Source: Octopus sinensis (Eukaryota). Taken from it: 64,000 bases of DNA. The notes under the pieces are model-generated. The model was not told the origin of the DNA. It saw nothing but the letters and a program-made list of their open reading frames with translations, and ran no database searches. Positions within the stretch are counted from its first letter, which is position 1. Every line of letters begins with the position of its first letter. Location of the stretch: NCBI RefSeq assembly GCF_006345805.1, contig NC_043017.1:14198001-14262000 (forward strand). The letters run 5' to 3'. Below, one piece after another: positions 25,400 through 38,142 of the stretch. The translations under genes and the position numbers were made by a program.

Positions 25400-25650
25400 A
25401 TAATATATATCTGTAAATGTTATATCTGATAATTATTCGGTAGCCAAGATAAATCTCTGAGTTTCGGATGCCAAGGTGGAAATCCACACCACCATCTCTT
25501 CAGTTATCCGGCCATTGGGAAGAGCATTTTTCCGATGGCCGGATAACTGAAGAGATGGTGGTGTGGATTTCCACCTTGGCATCCGAAACTCAGAGATTTA
25601 TCTTGGCTACCGAATAATTATCAGATATAACATTTACAGATATATATTAT
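25400..25650. repeat. Perfect fold-back element (116-bp arms, 19-nt spacer) within (TA)n
   Basis: 25400-25515 is the reverse complement of 25535-25650, with no mismatch seen by eye. Confidence 0.95.
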
Positions 25651-25652
25651 AT

Positions 25653-25701
<49 letters not shown>

Positions 25702-25923
25702 AAATATTAATGATCATGGTTATCAACTGCAGCATGTATTTGACTGGTGGGCAACTCTAGAGGAACACTGTTGTGTATTTCTAATCAATCATCCAGTTGG
25801 TAGAGAAATCAGTGCAGCCCTAATGCATTAAATAATATGTAATCTGCAACCTTGATTTCTGTAACAACACTTGCGGCAGAAGAAATCTAATAAATGATGA
25901 TAGATAGAAAGTCACCGATTCAA

Positions 25924-26154
25924 TTCATGCTACATATGTTTCAATGGCATATACAATTATTTGCACACATTGTGTTACATAACGATGTGATATTACATAA
26001 TTTGTTATCTATTCCTTCAATGGTTAATGGTGCTTGACATGATGGCAGATAATGAAGTGCATTAAATAATGGAAAAAATGTAATATCATGTCATATTATG
26101 TAATACACCATGTGCAAAGAAATGATCATACTATTGAAACATTTGTAGCATGAA
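25924..26154. repeat. Degenerate fold-back element
   Basis: ttcatgctacatatgtttcaat...gatattacat (25924-26000) versus atgtaatatc...ttgaaacatttgtagcatgaa (26077-26154). Confidence 0.65.
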
Positions 26155-26739
26155 GTAAATGAATAGTCATCTATTTTTCTTCATTTATTATATATAAACA
26201 CATGAAGAGCCTTTGGGTGAAATAAAAAATATTTTTTTGAACTTATGTTTATGGATTGTACTGACTCAGACTTTAATTCTTTTTTAAGATTCCAAGTGGC
26301 CTGATAGAGGTTCTAGGAATATGTCACCCACCGGAATAATATATCTATGTATTACTACTTAGTCAAAAGCCATGGTTCATCACTGCCATCCCACCTGTAA
26401 TTAATTAAGATGGACAAGTAAACCTACAATAACACAAACGGGTCAGTAATGGAATGCTGAACATTCATCCCACAGTGAATCAAAAGAAAATCTAATAAAT
26501 AAATAAATTTGAAACTTATTTCTGTTTGAATAAGACACTTAACTCGTTTAGGATAAAGTGTGAAAACTTGTGTGTGTAAGACCTTCCTTAGCTTAGTCAA
26601 CAAATATTTTCCTTATATTTGTATAGACACACCTTTTTAATAGACACACCTTAAGAGTTTCTTTTAACTACACAACCAGTGTAAAGAAATATTGGCAGGA
26701 AGGCCCACACCTGAGACAGAGGCAGGATGCTCATGCAGG

Positions 26740-27120
26740 GGCAACACCACTGCAACATGGAGATAGTCATAGGCAGAGGTATTGTCAAAGGCTTCGAATT
26801 GGAAGCATGTAGGTATAGCAGAAGCTCCTTTCAGGACCAGAGTCAACAAATGTAAATGCTCCATCCATAGCCAGGAGAGATGCAATATCATAGTGCTGGC
26901 AAGGAATGTATGGTTGTTAAAAGAATGCACCATGGAGTGCAACATCAAATGGAAAATCTTAGAGAAATTCAAGCCGTGTTTTAACAGCAGCAGAAAATGT
27001 TTAGCTGAGAAAAAAATCATATTAAAAACTTTTTATCATTTGGACATCTACTTAAACTACTGGAACAAGATTTTTTAGCCCATACCCACATGAAAGAAGA
27101 TATATATTATCTTATTCATG
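26740..27120 (+). mobile_element. Penelope-type GIY-YIG endonuclease remnant
   Basis: HVGIAEAPFRTRVNKCK...LARNVWLLKE...IKWKILEKFKPCFNSSRKCLAEKKII. Same subtype (W.LK..W.IL..P..C..E) as the ORF at 53495-53968. Confidence 0.7.
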
Positions 27121-27415
27121 GGCCATACCATGACCACAAATACTAGGCTCTCCAGCATTAGGCCTTCTATCATCACATCCTGAGAACACAGCAAAGTTTT
27201 TAACCAAACCATACACACATATGCATAGACATGGTGTTAAAGATTTGGACCCCTGCCAAAGTTCCCCCTCCACCCTCCATAGATTAGATAACTACAATGT
27301 TATCTAATACTAAATATTTAATACTTTGATTATTGTATCCAGTTTACAGACAAATACACGAGTGGTTATTTTTTGAGACTTATTGATTCTTAGGTGACTA
27401 TATATACATATATAC

Positions 27416-27485
<70 letters not shown>

Positions 27486-28188
27486 CTTTAGAAGACATTA
27501 TTCTCGTATAGAATGGAAGTGCTTGCGTTTTGACTTTATAAATATTGTTATTTAATCATTGTTTACTGAAAAAAGAGCTGCAGAAAGCAAAAGGCACACC
27601 AATTCATAGGAATATGTTTGTTTCTAATAAGTGTTAACTTAAGATTAATTAATAAATCTCTGAAAAAAGAGGAATTATTAATTGGCATTAATTACTTGGA
27701 AAATAATTTACCAAAGTAAATTGGATAATAATAATAATAATAATAATGATAATAATAATAATAATAATAAGAATAATGATAATAATAATAATAATAATAA
27801 TAATAATTCTATAGAACATAAAATTCTGTTATAAAACAATAGTACAATGATACAGTACTAAACGTGCATACTATTGCTAGGTTTACAAATGTCGGGTAAT
27901 TTTGGCACATTTCAAAGTGTTTATAATATTGAGATGAACAACAACTTGCAGTGTATTGTAAACTTAATGGGTTGTTTTGGAGAAGAGGGAAAAAAAACCA
28001 TATTCACCAGTGTAAGTCTATTAACCATCACCAGAATATTATCAAAAAGAGAAAAGCCAGCAATGTTTTAAGAATTCTAGAATATGCCACTGTTAATTAT
28101 CCAAAGATTACCAAATTCATGCAGGGAACCATAAGATTTTAGAGAATGCACTTATTTCTTTCTTTTCTTTTTTTTTTAAATTTGCTAC

Positions 28189-28290
28189 CTTGTACTTTGG
28201 ATTTTCATACAACTGAGTCTCATCAACACCAGAGAAAGAACGGTTAACATAGCCACCTCTTTGTTGGTTTGGGTTGTAATTTGCTTGATT
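28189..28290 (-). CDS. Cav2: Cav2 C-tail exon (NQANYNPNQQRGGYVNRSFSGVDETQLYENPKYK)
   Basis: Long T-tract + attgtctcag| acceptor, AAG|gtagca donor (moderate), 102 nt, phase 0-0. Confidence 0.7.
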
Positions 28291-29789
28291 CTGAGACAAT
28301 AAAAAAAAATAATAAAAAAAAGAAAAGAAAAGAAAAAAATGAAAGGAAAAATAAAAAAAAACAAAATATAATTATTCTAAAAGGTATCCAGATATATATA
28401 TATATATTGGACACTGAATCTTAAATCTTGTTTCCTTGTAATTTAGTTTAACAAAATATTGAACATAACCATGTTTTCTTGTGCCATTATGGAATTTAAA
28501 ACTTATGTGATAAAGCTAGATGGAAATACTGAGCTGAAAGATACTCAAAATTTACTAAAGATTGGCTAAAAAAAAATTATCCAGTAATATTCAAAGTATT
28601 TATGTAATGTTAACACCAGTTCAAATGTGTTCAAAGCATGTTTGGACTTGTAAACAAGCCACCCACCATGTTTTGTCAGGGAGAAAATTTGACCTTGTAA
28701 TCAAAGTATTTAATAAAAATAATAGTTACATTAAGCAGTTTACAAGCCATCTAAAGTTATTTGATAAACAGTTTGTAATTTCTGTTGGATGTTCTACAAT
28801 ATCTATAGGCAACCTCTCTACCTCCAAACCTAACACTTAACAATTAAGAGAATAAGAAAACGAGGATGTATAAAACATTCTCACAATTAAATTTGAAGCT
28901 CATCACATTGGAGTCAAAACTCCAAAGTCAACATCCAGAGGGGCTCAAATAGAAGGTTGCCCTCAGATTTGGCCTCACTACTTCTTAAGTGCTAAGAGGC
29001 AGTGTGAAACAGAGTGATGGACTGAGTCAGCCATGGTGGCTCTGTCAGCATTTCAAACAATATTCATCCACCAAATTTCCCTCACAAGGCTTTGGTTGAC
29101 CTGAACCTAGATGCTGCACAGTAGAATTGAACCTGAAACCATGTGGTTGTGAAATAACCCACTTAACTACACAGTTATTGTATTATAGGATGTTTTATCA
29201 GGCCCCAGTAGCAGCCACATAAAGAGGAAACATGTCAACGAATGAGCGAAAGAGAAGATAATTTCAAGTTTTGTAAAGTGACATGAATATATTAAAAATA
29301 AAACTAAAAACTAAGAATTATAAATTTTCTCTTCAAAATATTTAAATTGAATATACATATCAAATGGCGGTGCCCCAGCATGGCCACAGCTCGTGAGCTG
29401 AAACTAGAATCAATCAATATCTTTTTTTGCTGTTAGCATTAGGAGAAGTATATAAAGTAAAGAATATAGAGATTGCTTTCATATAAATGACACTTTAGTA
29501 GAGTTTTATTACAAAGATCTTTCGACTTGAATATCTTCTGGTTAATGAAGCTTTAGTCAGATTTAGTTTCTAGATAAAGATTGTTTGTTTTTTGTTAGTA
29601 TGAAAAAGAAATGAAAGCAATCATATAAATGCCTATGAAAAATGTCAGAAAATGATAAGATGCAATTCTTTATATTCTAAATAACTACTTCATTGAAAAA
29701 TTATAAAATCAAAATTATTGAAATTAAAATATAAAGTTATTTGTTACACATTAGGATTTATTATAGAGAGGTTTAAATAAAGTGAAATA

Positions 29790-30027
29790 ATTATTGATAA
29801 TAATTATAATTGTTTCCAACGGGCACAAGACCCAAAATGGGGTGGGGTGGGGGGGATTTACTTGGTTACCCATTACTTGAGTGTTTTTTTTTTATTTTGT
29901 TGACTCCGAAAGGATGAAAGACAAGTTTGCTTTTGATTAAATCTGAACTCAGAATGTAAAGAGCCGCAACAAATACCTGAAAGCATTTTTCACAGCATTT
30001 TAACAATTCTGCCAACTCAGCATCCTC

Positions 30028-30075
<48 letters not shown>

Positions 30076-30410
30076 GATGATGATGATGATGATGATTTCA
30101 AATTTTGGCATAGAGCCAGCAAGTTTGAGGGAGGGGGCAAGTCGATTAAACTGATTCAAATGCTCAAGTGATGCTTGTTTTATTGGACCCTGAAAGGATG
30201 ATGAATAATAATTTTGGTAGAAAGGCAGCAGTTTTAAGGATTGGGAGTCAATTACAACAACTTCAGAACTAAATTGCAATTGATTGTGAAAGGACAAAAT
30301 GCTAAGTCAATCTCAGTGGAATTTGAACTCAGAACATAAAGAACTGCAAGAGATGCTATGAAGCATTTTGTCTGATGCGCTAACAATTCTGCCAGCTTGC
30401 TACAATAATG
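29790..30410 (-). mobile_element. Cluster of SINE family A copies with (TAA)n/(TGA)n spacers
   Basis: aaggatgaaagacaagtttg...tgaactcagaat...ttctgccaactc at ~29905-30020 and related segments at 30097-30400. Confidence 0.7.
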
Positions 30411-30419
30411 ATGATGATG

Positions 30420-30503
<84 letters not shown>

Positions 30504-30511
30504 TAATAATA

Positions 30512-30547
<36 letters not shown>

Positions 30548-30570
30548 TAATAATAATAATAATAGTAATA

Positions 30571-30627
<57 letters not shown>

Positions 30628-30630
<3 letters not shown>

Positions 30631-31162
30631 GCCCTGATGCAGTACCAGGCAGTGGCTCTCGTGGCTTCTGATCTTAACTGATTGGAAGTGTTATCATGTA
30701 CATTGTTTTGTCTTGGTATAAAAGATGGGCTACAGCAAATATTCTGCTCAATACCACAGATTTGCTTGTCAGTTGTTTGACCTTAAGCAGTTGAGCATGT
30801 CCCTTAGTGGCTGACGATATGTGCATCTCTGACCACGAGCAGAAGTAGTGGGGGAGCATCATAGCCATGTGTTGAGAGGGATTCTTTGGAAACGTGGGTG
30901 TTTCGTTCAACATCCTTAAACAACCCTTATTCAGGGACCTTTCGAGTGGGATGGGTTACTCGACCTGAAGAAAATTCTAACTGGGCCCCACCTGCAAGGT
31001 CATGTGCTGTTTATTTTGATATGAGATTACCATGTTGCACACACATGGTTGTGATGCATGTGCCTAGTGTACCCTTATCAGACGGGTAGTCCTGCTGGGT
31101 ATACTGGGCTTCGTATATTTTACCCCAGTGTCACTTTGATGGCATGCGCTGCTCTCTCACTC

Positions 31163-31165
<3 letters not shown>
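30628..31165 (+). mobile_element. Non-coding interspersed repeat family D ending in (TAA)n, copy 1
   Basis: 30838-31165 is clearly homologous to 33398-33750 (cagaagtagtgggggagcatc...gctgctctctcactcaataataat). Both copies sit in TAA arrays. Confidence 0.8.
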
Positions 31166-31239
<74 letters not shown>

Positions 31240-32139
31240 TAATAATAATAATAATATTAATAATAATGGGTGCACTATAGCAACAGAGCACTTGCTTGTG
31301 AGCATGTTGCATATTTTGACCAGTACAAGGACTACGTCTAGTAGTGTGGCTAGCAGTTATTGGATTATGACCAAGCCCACCCTGCTGCACAGTGAGACAC
31401 CTGCCAGGTGTGGCACCAACACCACTGGTTCCAGTCCTATTCACACCGTTATCGTCATTTATTTTGTTTGGTATTTTCATTCACAAATGAGGTGTGTTTT
31501 TAGGTTACTACCAACTGGTATTTTTATCAAGATACCATCTCTATCAATGTAGTCCGCCAAGGCAGCAGGGTCCTTGCTCCTCTGCTTTTGGACTCAGAGT
31601 GTTCCTTCTCGTAGGCTGCTTGCCACCCAAGGCTAATGAGTACAGCCTACCCAGAGCACTGGTTATTTCAAGGCACCAGCTACTCACCTTTTCTCACACT
31701 TTGCCTCTTGGTTTAGCAAAGGAGTCAATCAAGACTGCAAAGCTCTTACTACCCATAAGTTGGGCCTGTTCCTTTCACATTTCAGTATGTTGGGGACCAT
31801 GATCCTGATTCTCACTAGGAGACAGGTGTGCATCAGTTGGTCCCGTATCTTCATCCAAATACTGCTCCGGAGTTAAGCCCCAATTCATAGTTCATTCACC
31901 TTCATCCCAGGCAGGGAGCCATTGAACACTGACAGGGTGTCACCACTATCACTAAGGAGTCCTATTTACCCCAGTTTTTAAATCAGAGTGTTCATTCCCC
32001 TAGACAGACTGACAACCAAGGCTCATGAGTTCTGTTTACTCATTTTCGGAATGGCCTTTGACATTTTAAGTTCCTCTGCCCTTTGCTGGGTTTTGTTTGT
32101 AATCCCACAGGTAGTCGAAAATCCACCCTCTTCACCATC

Positions 32140-33310
32140 CTGAAATGGACACAAGTGGAGATTAACCCAATTGCACAACCCAAAAGACAATGACAATGTA
32201 TGGTGCCCTTCATCCTAAGGCAAATGTACCCAGGCTCTACATGAAGAGGGGTAAAGGTGGACGTGGGCTGACTAGCATATGGGAGAACATCAACAGTGAA
32301 AGAAGAAACATGGCAGAATATTTGGTAAACAGCAAAGAAGACCTGCTACAGTATGCTGCTAATGCAGAAGGATTTAACAAAAATGGACTTGAGAGTGCTC
32401 GTGAATTCCAATGAAGATCAGCCAATGAGAGAGAAGAAGCCCTACTCCACTTGGAATTACATGGTCAGCTCCACCATGAAACCAACAAATTAAAAGACCA
32501 GGAAGCATCATGGAGGTGGCTCCAGAAGGTTGACCTAAAAAAGAATATTGAAAGCCTAATCATCACTGGCCAGAACTAGGCATTGAATACCAAATCAGTG
32601 TGAAAAAGAATATATACCACATAAGTGCACCGGACCTCTGCAGAATGTGTGGGAAGAGGTTTGAAAGCTCGACTCACATTGTTATTGCTAGTGAAAGTCT
32701 TGTGCAGAAAGAGTACAAGCGTAGACACGACAAGGTAGCCGAAAAACTCCACTGGCTACTATGCTGTAAATATGGATATGAGGTTACGGGTGCTCGGTGC
32801 CAACATACAGCAGAAAAGGTAATGGACAAAAAGGAGAAGGCAAAAATCCTCTGGGACTTTGACTTCCAGACAGACAAGGTATTAGAGCACCAAGGCTGGA
32901 TATAGTAACCTTTAGGAGGGACAAACAAAAATGTTTAATAATTGATGTAGCAGTACCAGGAGATCAACATTTCATCATGAAAGAAAGAGAAAAGTTTGAT
33001 AAATATGGAGACCTGAGGATTGAGATTGCTAAGATGTGGCAGCTACGAGAGTCAAACATAAAGGTTATCCTTATTGTTATTGGAACACTAGGTTCAATAG
33101 CATCCAATCTGAAAAAACATCAGAAAACTTTAGAAATACCCTACAATCTAGGTGTATTGCAAAAGTCGGCATTGTTTGGAACTGCACACATATTGTGTAA
33201 AGCACTGTCTGTCTGAGGTCCTTGTTATGGCTTGAGTACAAACCCCAGGTAGACATAATATCTTCAATCAACAACTTCACCATATTGTATACTGTGCGAT
33301 GTCTACTGTA
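32140..33310 (+). mobile_element. R4/Dong-clade non-LTR retrotransposon, 5'-truncated, with stops and frameshifts
   Basis: MYGALHPKANVPRLYMKRGKGGRGL, CRMCGKRFESSTHIV...RRHDKVA, ILWDFDFQTDKV, IIDVAVPGD...EKFDKYGDL, IVIGTLGSI, LQKSALFGTAHIL. The 3' end abuts (TAA)n. Confidence 0.9.
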
Positions 33311-33397
33311 GTAGTAATAATAATAACAATAATAATAATAGGTATCTGAGTGATCTCCAGTATACGGACCAAAAGACCAGAAAACAGCTGATACTAA

Positions 33398-33750
33398 ACA
33401 GAAGTAGTGGGGGAGCATCGTAGCCATGTGTTGAGAGGAATTCTTTGGGGTTTGAATAATTCACCTCTGGAAACATGGGTGTTTCATTCATCGTCCTTAA
33501 ATAAACCTTATTCAGGGACCTTTTGAGCGAGATGGACTACTTGACATGATGAAAATTTTAACTGGGTCTCACCTGCAAGGTTATATGCTATTTACCTTGA
33601 TAGGAGATTACCATGTCTCACACATATGGTTGTGATGCATGTGCCTGGTAGACTCTTATCAGATGGGTAGTCATGATGGGTATATTGGGCTTCATATAAT
33701 TGTACCCCAGTGTCATTTTGATGGCATGCGCTGCTCTCTCACTCAATAAT
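33398..33750 (+). mobile_element. Interspersed repeat family D, copy 2
   Basis: Homologous to 30838-31165 and ends in (TAA)n. Confidence 0.8.
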
Positions 33751-34399
33751 AATAATAATAATAATAGTAATTTAAGCAAATTCTAACCCTCTAAAATGAG
33801 GTAGAAAAGCTTTGTTGAAACATTGTATTTTTTTTTAACTATAAATATATTTTTGGATAGTAGCCATTAGTCTTATTTCTCAGTCACCAAAAAGTGACTC
33901 CAAATGAGGCAGTAGCAGGAGCTAATCCTAATGGGGCCAAAACAGAAGAGAACATCTCTCCTAATTTCTTTTTACAGGCATAAAAATACTGAAAACCAGA
34001 AAAAAAATAATAGACAGGAACAATTATAATGAAAGAGTAACATTTTGAGAAGTAAAAAGGAAGAAAAAAGGGATGCAAAAATGGGAGACAAATGCCGCAT
34101 CAACAATAAATTGATAGCTAAGTATCAGCCCCTTCCATTTGGGATTTAATTCTCATCATGGTGACCTAGAGGGATCAAATTTGCAGATGATTAAAGCTGT
34201 ATGATGTGCCTTCATCCTACCTTGATGCTCCTTTTTTAGTTTTTCAGCTAAATTTTAAGCCTGTTTCAACATTTTGTATAAATGTTTGATTCGTCCTCAC
34301 TTTATTACACGTATCTTTATCATCAAATGTTTCGTAGCTCTTTTATATCACAATTTTATACTGTACAAGTGAGACCTTGTGGTTAATACAAAAAGGGTT

Positions 34400-34865
34400 A
34401 TTATTATTCCGAGTTCAAATCCCGCCGAGGTTGACTTTGCCTTTCATCTTTTGGGGGTTGATAAAATAAGTACCAGCTGAGTACCGGAGTCGATGTAATT
34501 GACTACCCCCTCCCCCAAATTTCAGGCATTGTACCTATAGTAAGATTATTATTATAGTGTTAGGAAGGGCATACAGCCACAGAAACCATGCCAAAAACAA
34601 CACTGGAGTTCAACACAGCTCTGAAGCTTGCCAGTTCCCTGTCACATTGTCTAACCCATGCCAGCATAGAAAGCAGACGTGTAATTATTATTATTATTAT
34701 TATTATTAGTATTCTATTCTGGTTCTTTATGTTCTGAGTTCCTTTCAAGGTTGATAATATAAGTACCAGCTGAGCGCTGGAGTTGATGTACTTGACCTGC
34801 CCAAGTCTCCTTCCCCAAAATTTCAGGCCTCATGCCTAAAGTAGGAAGATTATTATTATTATTAT
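34400..34865 (+). mobile_element. Two SINE family A fragments with an intervening RTE-tail-like fragment
   Basis: gagttcaaatcccgccgaggttgactttgcctttcatc...aagtaccagctgag...caaatttcaggc at ~34410-34550, with the 3' part repeated at ~34745-34850. Confidence 0.7.
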
Positions 34866-35836
34866 TATTGGTATTGCTCCGATTTTCAAGAACTGAAATG
34901 TCATAGATTATGGTTAAGAATATGCATTTGTTTAGAAGTAAAATATTAAAATATTGGTGAGAACTTATTGAAACAAATTGATATTAAGGGATAATTTAAA
35001 GAAACATAAATATTTAACCCTAATTATTGGATACAAGACATTAATATTCAATGTAGACATCATATAAATATTCTAGAATGTTAAGTTTTTTTAAAAAATA
35101 AACTTGAATATATTTCTCTGGTGCTGAAGAGATGATGGAAGAGAGAGAAAAAATATTGGAAAGGAAACTTATAAAACAGAATGTTTAGTAGAAGATTTTC
35201 TTAAGGTTTGTGAACAAATGTATGAGTTATGAGAGAAAATTCCTTCACCAGAATATGTTGAAAACAGATAAAACTTTGAGAAGAAATGACACACAAACTA
35301 CTAATCCAAGTCGAAAGATCAAAACTATGTAATTTCATTTCTTACAAAATCTAACAACATTCTAATAAAATAAAAACAAATAAATAGAAGGATTTGATGT
35401 TGTTCAGCGTGCAGGGTCATACACTACCTGGGGAAATATTAAATCATACACTACCTGAGAAATGTTAAGTCAACAAACAAGAAAAACAGAAAACAAAATA
35501 GGATGTAGATTAGGTCAATGATTAAAACACAATCCAATGTAATGATTAGATTTCAAATGTAAAATTTTAAAATTCAATGATATAAAATTTTATTTTTTAA
35601 ATTAGTTAAGACTAGTAATAATTTAATTGAGAGAATCTGATAAATAACCCAACATGTTGACATATTTGAATAAAAAACAAACATCAATAAAATCACAGAT
35701 AAAGCATTGTCAAGGTGAAAATAAATGTGTGACAAAAGAGAGAAAGAAAGAGATGAGAAAAAGAGAAAGAAAGTGAAAGTTCTTGTCAACCTTACCAGCA
35801 GGGACTAGTTTCCTGCAAATAGAAGATGAAGCATAC

Positions 35837-35954
35837 CTGTAAACTGGCAGTTTCACTTTTTTGTACAGAGTTATCTTTCTTACGTCGACTACTGCCACGG
35901 CGAAGGAAACTGAATGAGCGCTGCCAAGTTGTCTTATCATGGTTCCTATCGACG
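35837..35954 (-). CDS. Cav2: Cav2 C-tail exon (VDRNHDKTTWQRSFSFLRRGSSRRKKDNSVQKSETASLQ)
   Basis: gtttgctttgttttcag| ... CAG|gtatgc, 118 nt, phase 2-0. The RSFSFLRRGSSRRK motif is what I recall from molluscan Cav2 post-IQ tails. The supplied ORF track shows a different frame. Confidence 0.8.
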
Positions 35955-36803
35955 CTGAAAACAAAGCAAACCAGTATTAAGATACAGAAAAATAATTAGC
36001 TTAATATATATTTTCCCTAGCTTCACTGCAACATTTTCTAACTTCTATTTCTCCCTTTTCTATCTTTTGGCCTTTGTCTTCTCTCGTGTCATGATGTTTA
36101 TGAGGATTATTTCATCTTTCATATCTACAAATCAGTGTCTCTTTCCCATTTATAACCTCACTAACACACTCTTGCCCCAATCACTCTTTTCCTGGCATCA
36201 TTGTCTCTCTTCTCTCACTCAAAGTTCTCTCTTCCATTTACCTTCTTGACTGGATAAAGACAACTCTTAGATGCTTGCCAGGAACAAGGCAACTTCTAGT
36301 ACTGATATCATGACATGAAGCCAGTAGGGGATAAGGGGGGGGGCACCCAGCTATAGAGACTCTACCAAAACTGGTGTGTGTGTGAATGAAACATGGTCTG
36401 TGACCCCCATCCAGAAAGGCAACAACTCCTCCAAATCAGGAGAAAGACTGTGACAAACTGTCCAATCCATGCTCCAACATGAACAATGAGCAGAAATTGA
36501 TGGGAATTTGAAAAATTAAAACATTGAGATCAAAATTTATAAAACAACAGTGCCATACACTTGATAACTCCTTATCTGAACATGGAAGCAGAAAGGGTTG
36601 AAATTTTGGATTTTAGTATTATTGAATATTTACATCTATAATATCAAACAGCTTGCAAAGGAAACTGAAATTCTAAACATGTTATTAAGTCATATTTCAT
36701 AATGCAGTTTAAGCATACACTGTGTGTGTGTGTGTGTGTACAGCTAGATGTGTGATATTACTGATGAGTTGGATCTGTGTAACATAATGTAATAAAGTGT
36801 TAC

Positions 36804-36830
36804 CCTGACGATCTGTTGTGGTTCAACATC
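36804..36830 (-). CDS. Cav2: Candidate 27-nt Cav2 microexon (MLNHNRSSG)
   Basis: ttatttgcatcctctgcacag|GATGTTGAACCACAACAGATCGTCAGG|gtaaca. Phase 2-2 joins in frame to exon 35837-35954. Confidence 0.55.
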
Positions 36831-36944
36831 CTGTGCAGAGGATGCAAATAACCACAACAGTGAAAAGCATGTAAGGAAGGAATTCTATAAACTTATAAAC
36901 TTATGTTTATCATATATATATATATGTATATATTTATTAATATT

Positions 36945-37155
36945 TTGCCAGCTCCGTCTGGCACCTGTGCAGGTGGCACGTAAAAAGCACCCACTACACT
37001 CACGGAGTGGTTGGCGTTAGGAAGGGCATCCAGCCGTAGAAACACTGCCAGATCAGACTGGGCCTGATGCAGCCTTCCAGCTTCACAGACCCCAGTTGAA
37101 CCGTCCAACCCATGCTAGCATGGAAAGCGGACGCTAAATGATGATGATGATGATA
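36945..37155 (+). mobile_element. RTE-LINE-tail-related repeat ending in (TGA)n
   Basis: ggtggcacgtaaaaagcacccactacactc...gaagggcatccagc...aacccatgctagcatggaaa recurs at 52125-52310 and in part at 56140-56280. Confidence 0.75.
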
Positions 37156-37186
37156 TATACATATCTATCTATCTATCTACTCTTTA

Positions 37187-37224
<38 letters not shown>

Positions 37225-37246
37225 TAAACCGATAGATAGATAGATA

Positions 37247-37950
37247 CAGTGGGGTACCCAAAAGTAACCAGAAACATTCTCTGTGAGACAAGCCCATTGT
37301 AGGTCGGATTTCCACTACTAGAAACTACTTTATGCCACGGTCTGCTGACAGGCATTCAGGCATCAGTATGCTGGCCAGCGTTGTCCAGTGGAGTTGTACT
37401 GCCACATGGTGCATCTTTGTATTGCAGTGCTTCTCCTCTGTTTGTTGATTTTTGCGATGGCTGAAATGAAGGAAAACAACAGCCAAAACAGTTATCATAC
37501 TTCAAACTGGTTTTCACGCTTTAGGAATGGTCACTTGTTGCTGGATGACCAACCTCGTTCAGGGTGACCATTGACCTCATGAATAAAAAAAGACATCATG
37601 AAAATTCATGAACTAATCTTGGAAGACCGTCACCGAGCAATTGACGAACTTGTGTGTCCTGGAGCCCCTGCCACAAATTTTGAGTGAGGAATTGCGAATG
37701 AAAAGAGTTGTAACAAAATTTGTGCCTTGCTTGCTCACCGAAGATCAGAAAACAGTCACAATTGAATGAATGTCATGAACTGAAATAACAGTTGGAAGTT
37801 GATCCTGACCTTCTTTCAAAGGTCACCACTGGTGACGAAAGCTGGTACTATGGAATTTGCAGATGTGAAAGAGCTGAAGAAAAAAATGCTGGAGACCTTA
37901 AATGGCATCACTTCACAACAGTTCCAGGACTGTTTCGAACAGTGGAAAGA
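37247..37950 (+). mobile_element. mariner element with a large internal deletion
   Basis: TA|cagtggggtacccaaaagtaacc left end. WFSRFRNG..LLDDQPRSG and KFVPCLLTEDQK...LLSKVTTGDESWYYG then jump to the C-terminal ...FQDCFEQWK. Confidence 0.8.
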
Positions 37951-38105
37951 AGAAGAAGAAGAAAGAAAGAAAGAAAGACTGGAACTTACTTGTGACCTCC
38001 TTCTGTTTCATTGTCAGAATGTTCTGAATCAATACTCTGGCTTGAACGAGCAGATGGGGTCCTCATGACACCAATTATCCGCTGGAAGAATGACGGTGGA
38101 CGCTA

Positions 38106-38142
<37 letters not shown>

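Noticed and set aside
34220-34250. 27-nt exon-like segment ending AAG|gtagga
   Set aside because: It has a stop in phase 0, the phase required at this position of the gene.
35710-35964. Supplied ORF MFSASIGTMIRQLGSAH... as the coding frame
   Set aside because: It overlaps the real exon but in a different frame. The RSFSFLRRGSSRR frame matches Cav2 and gives consistent splice phases.
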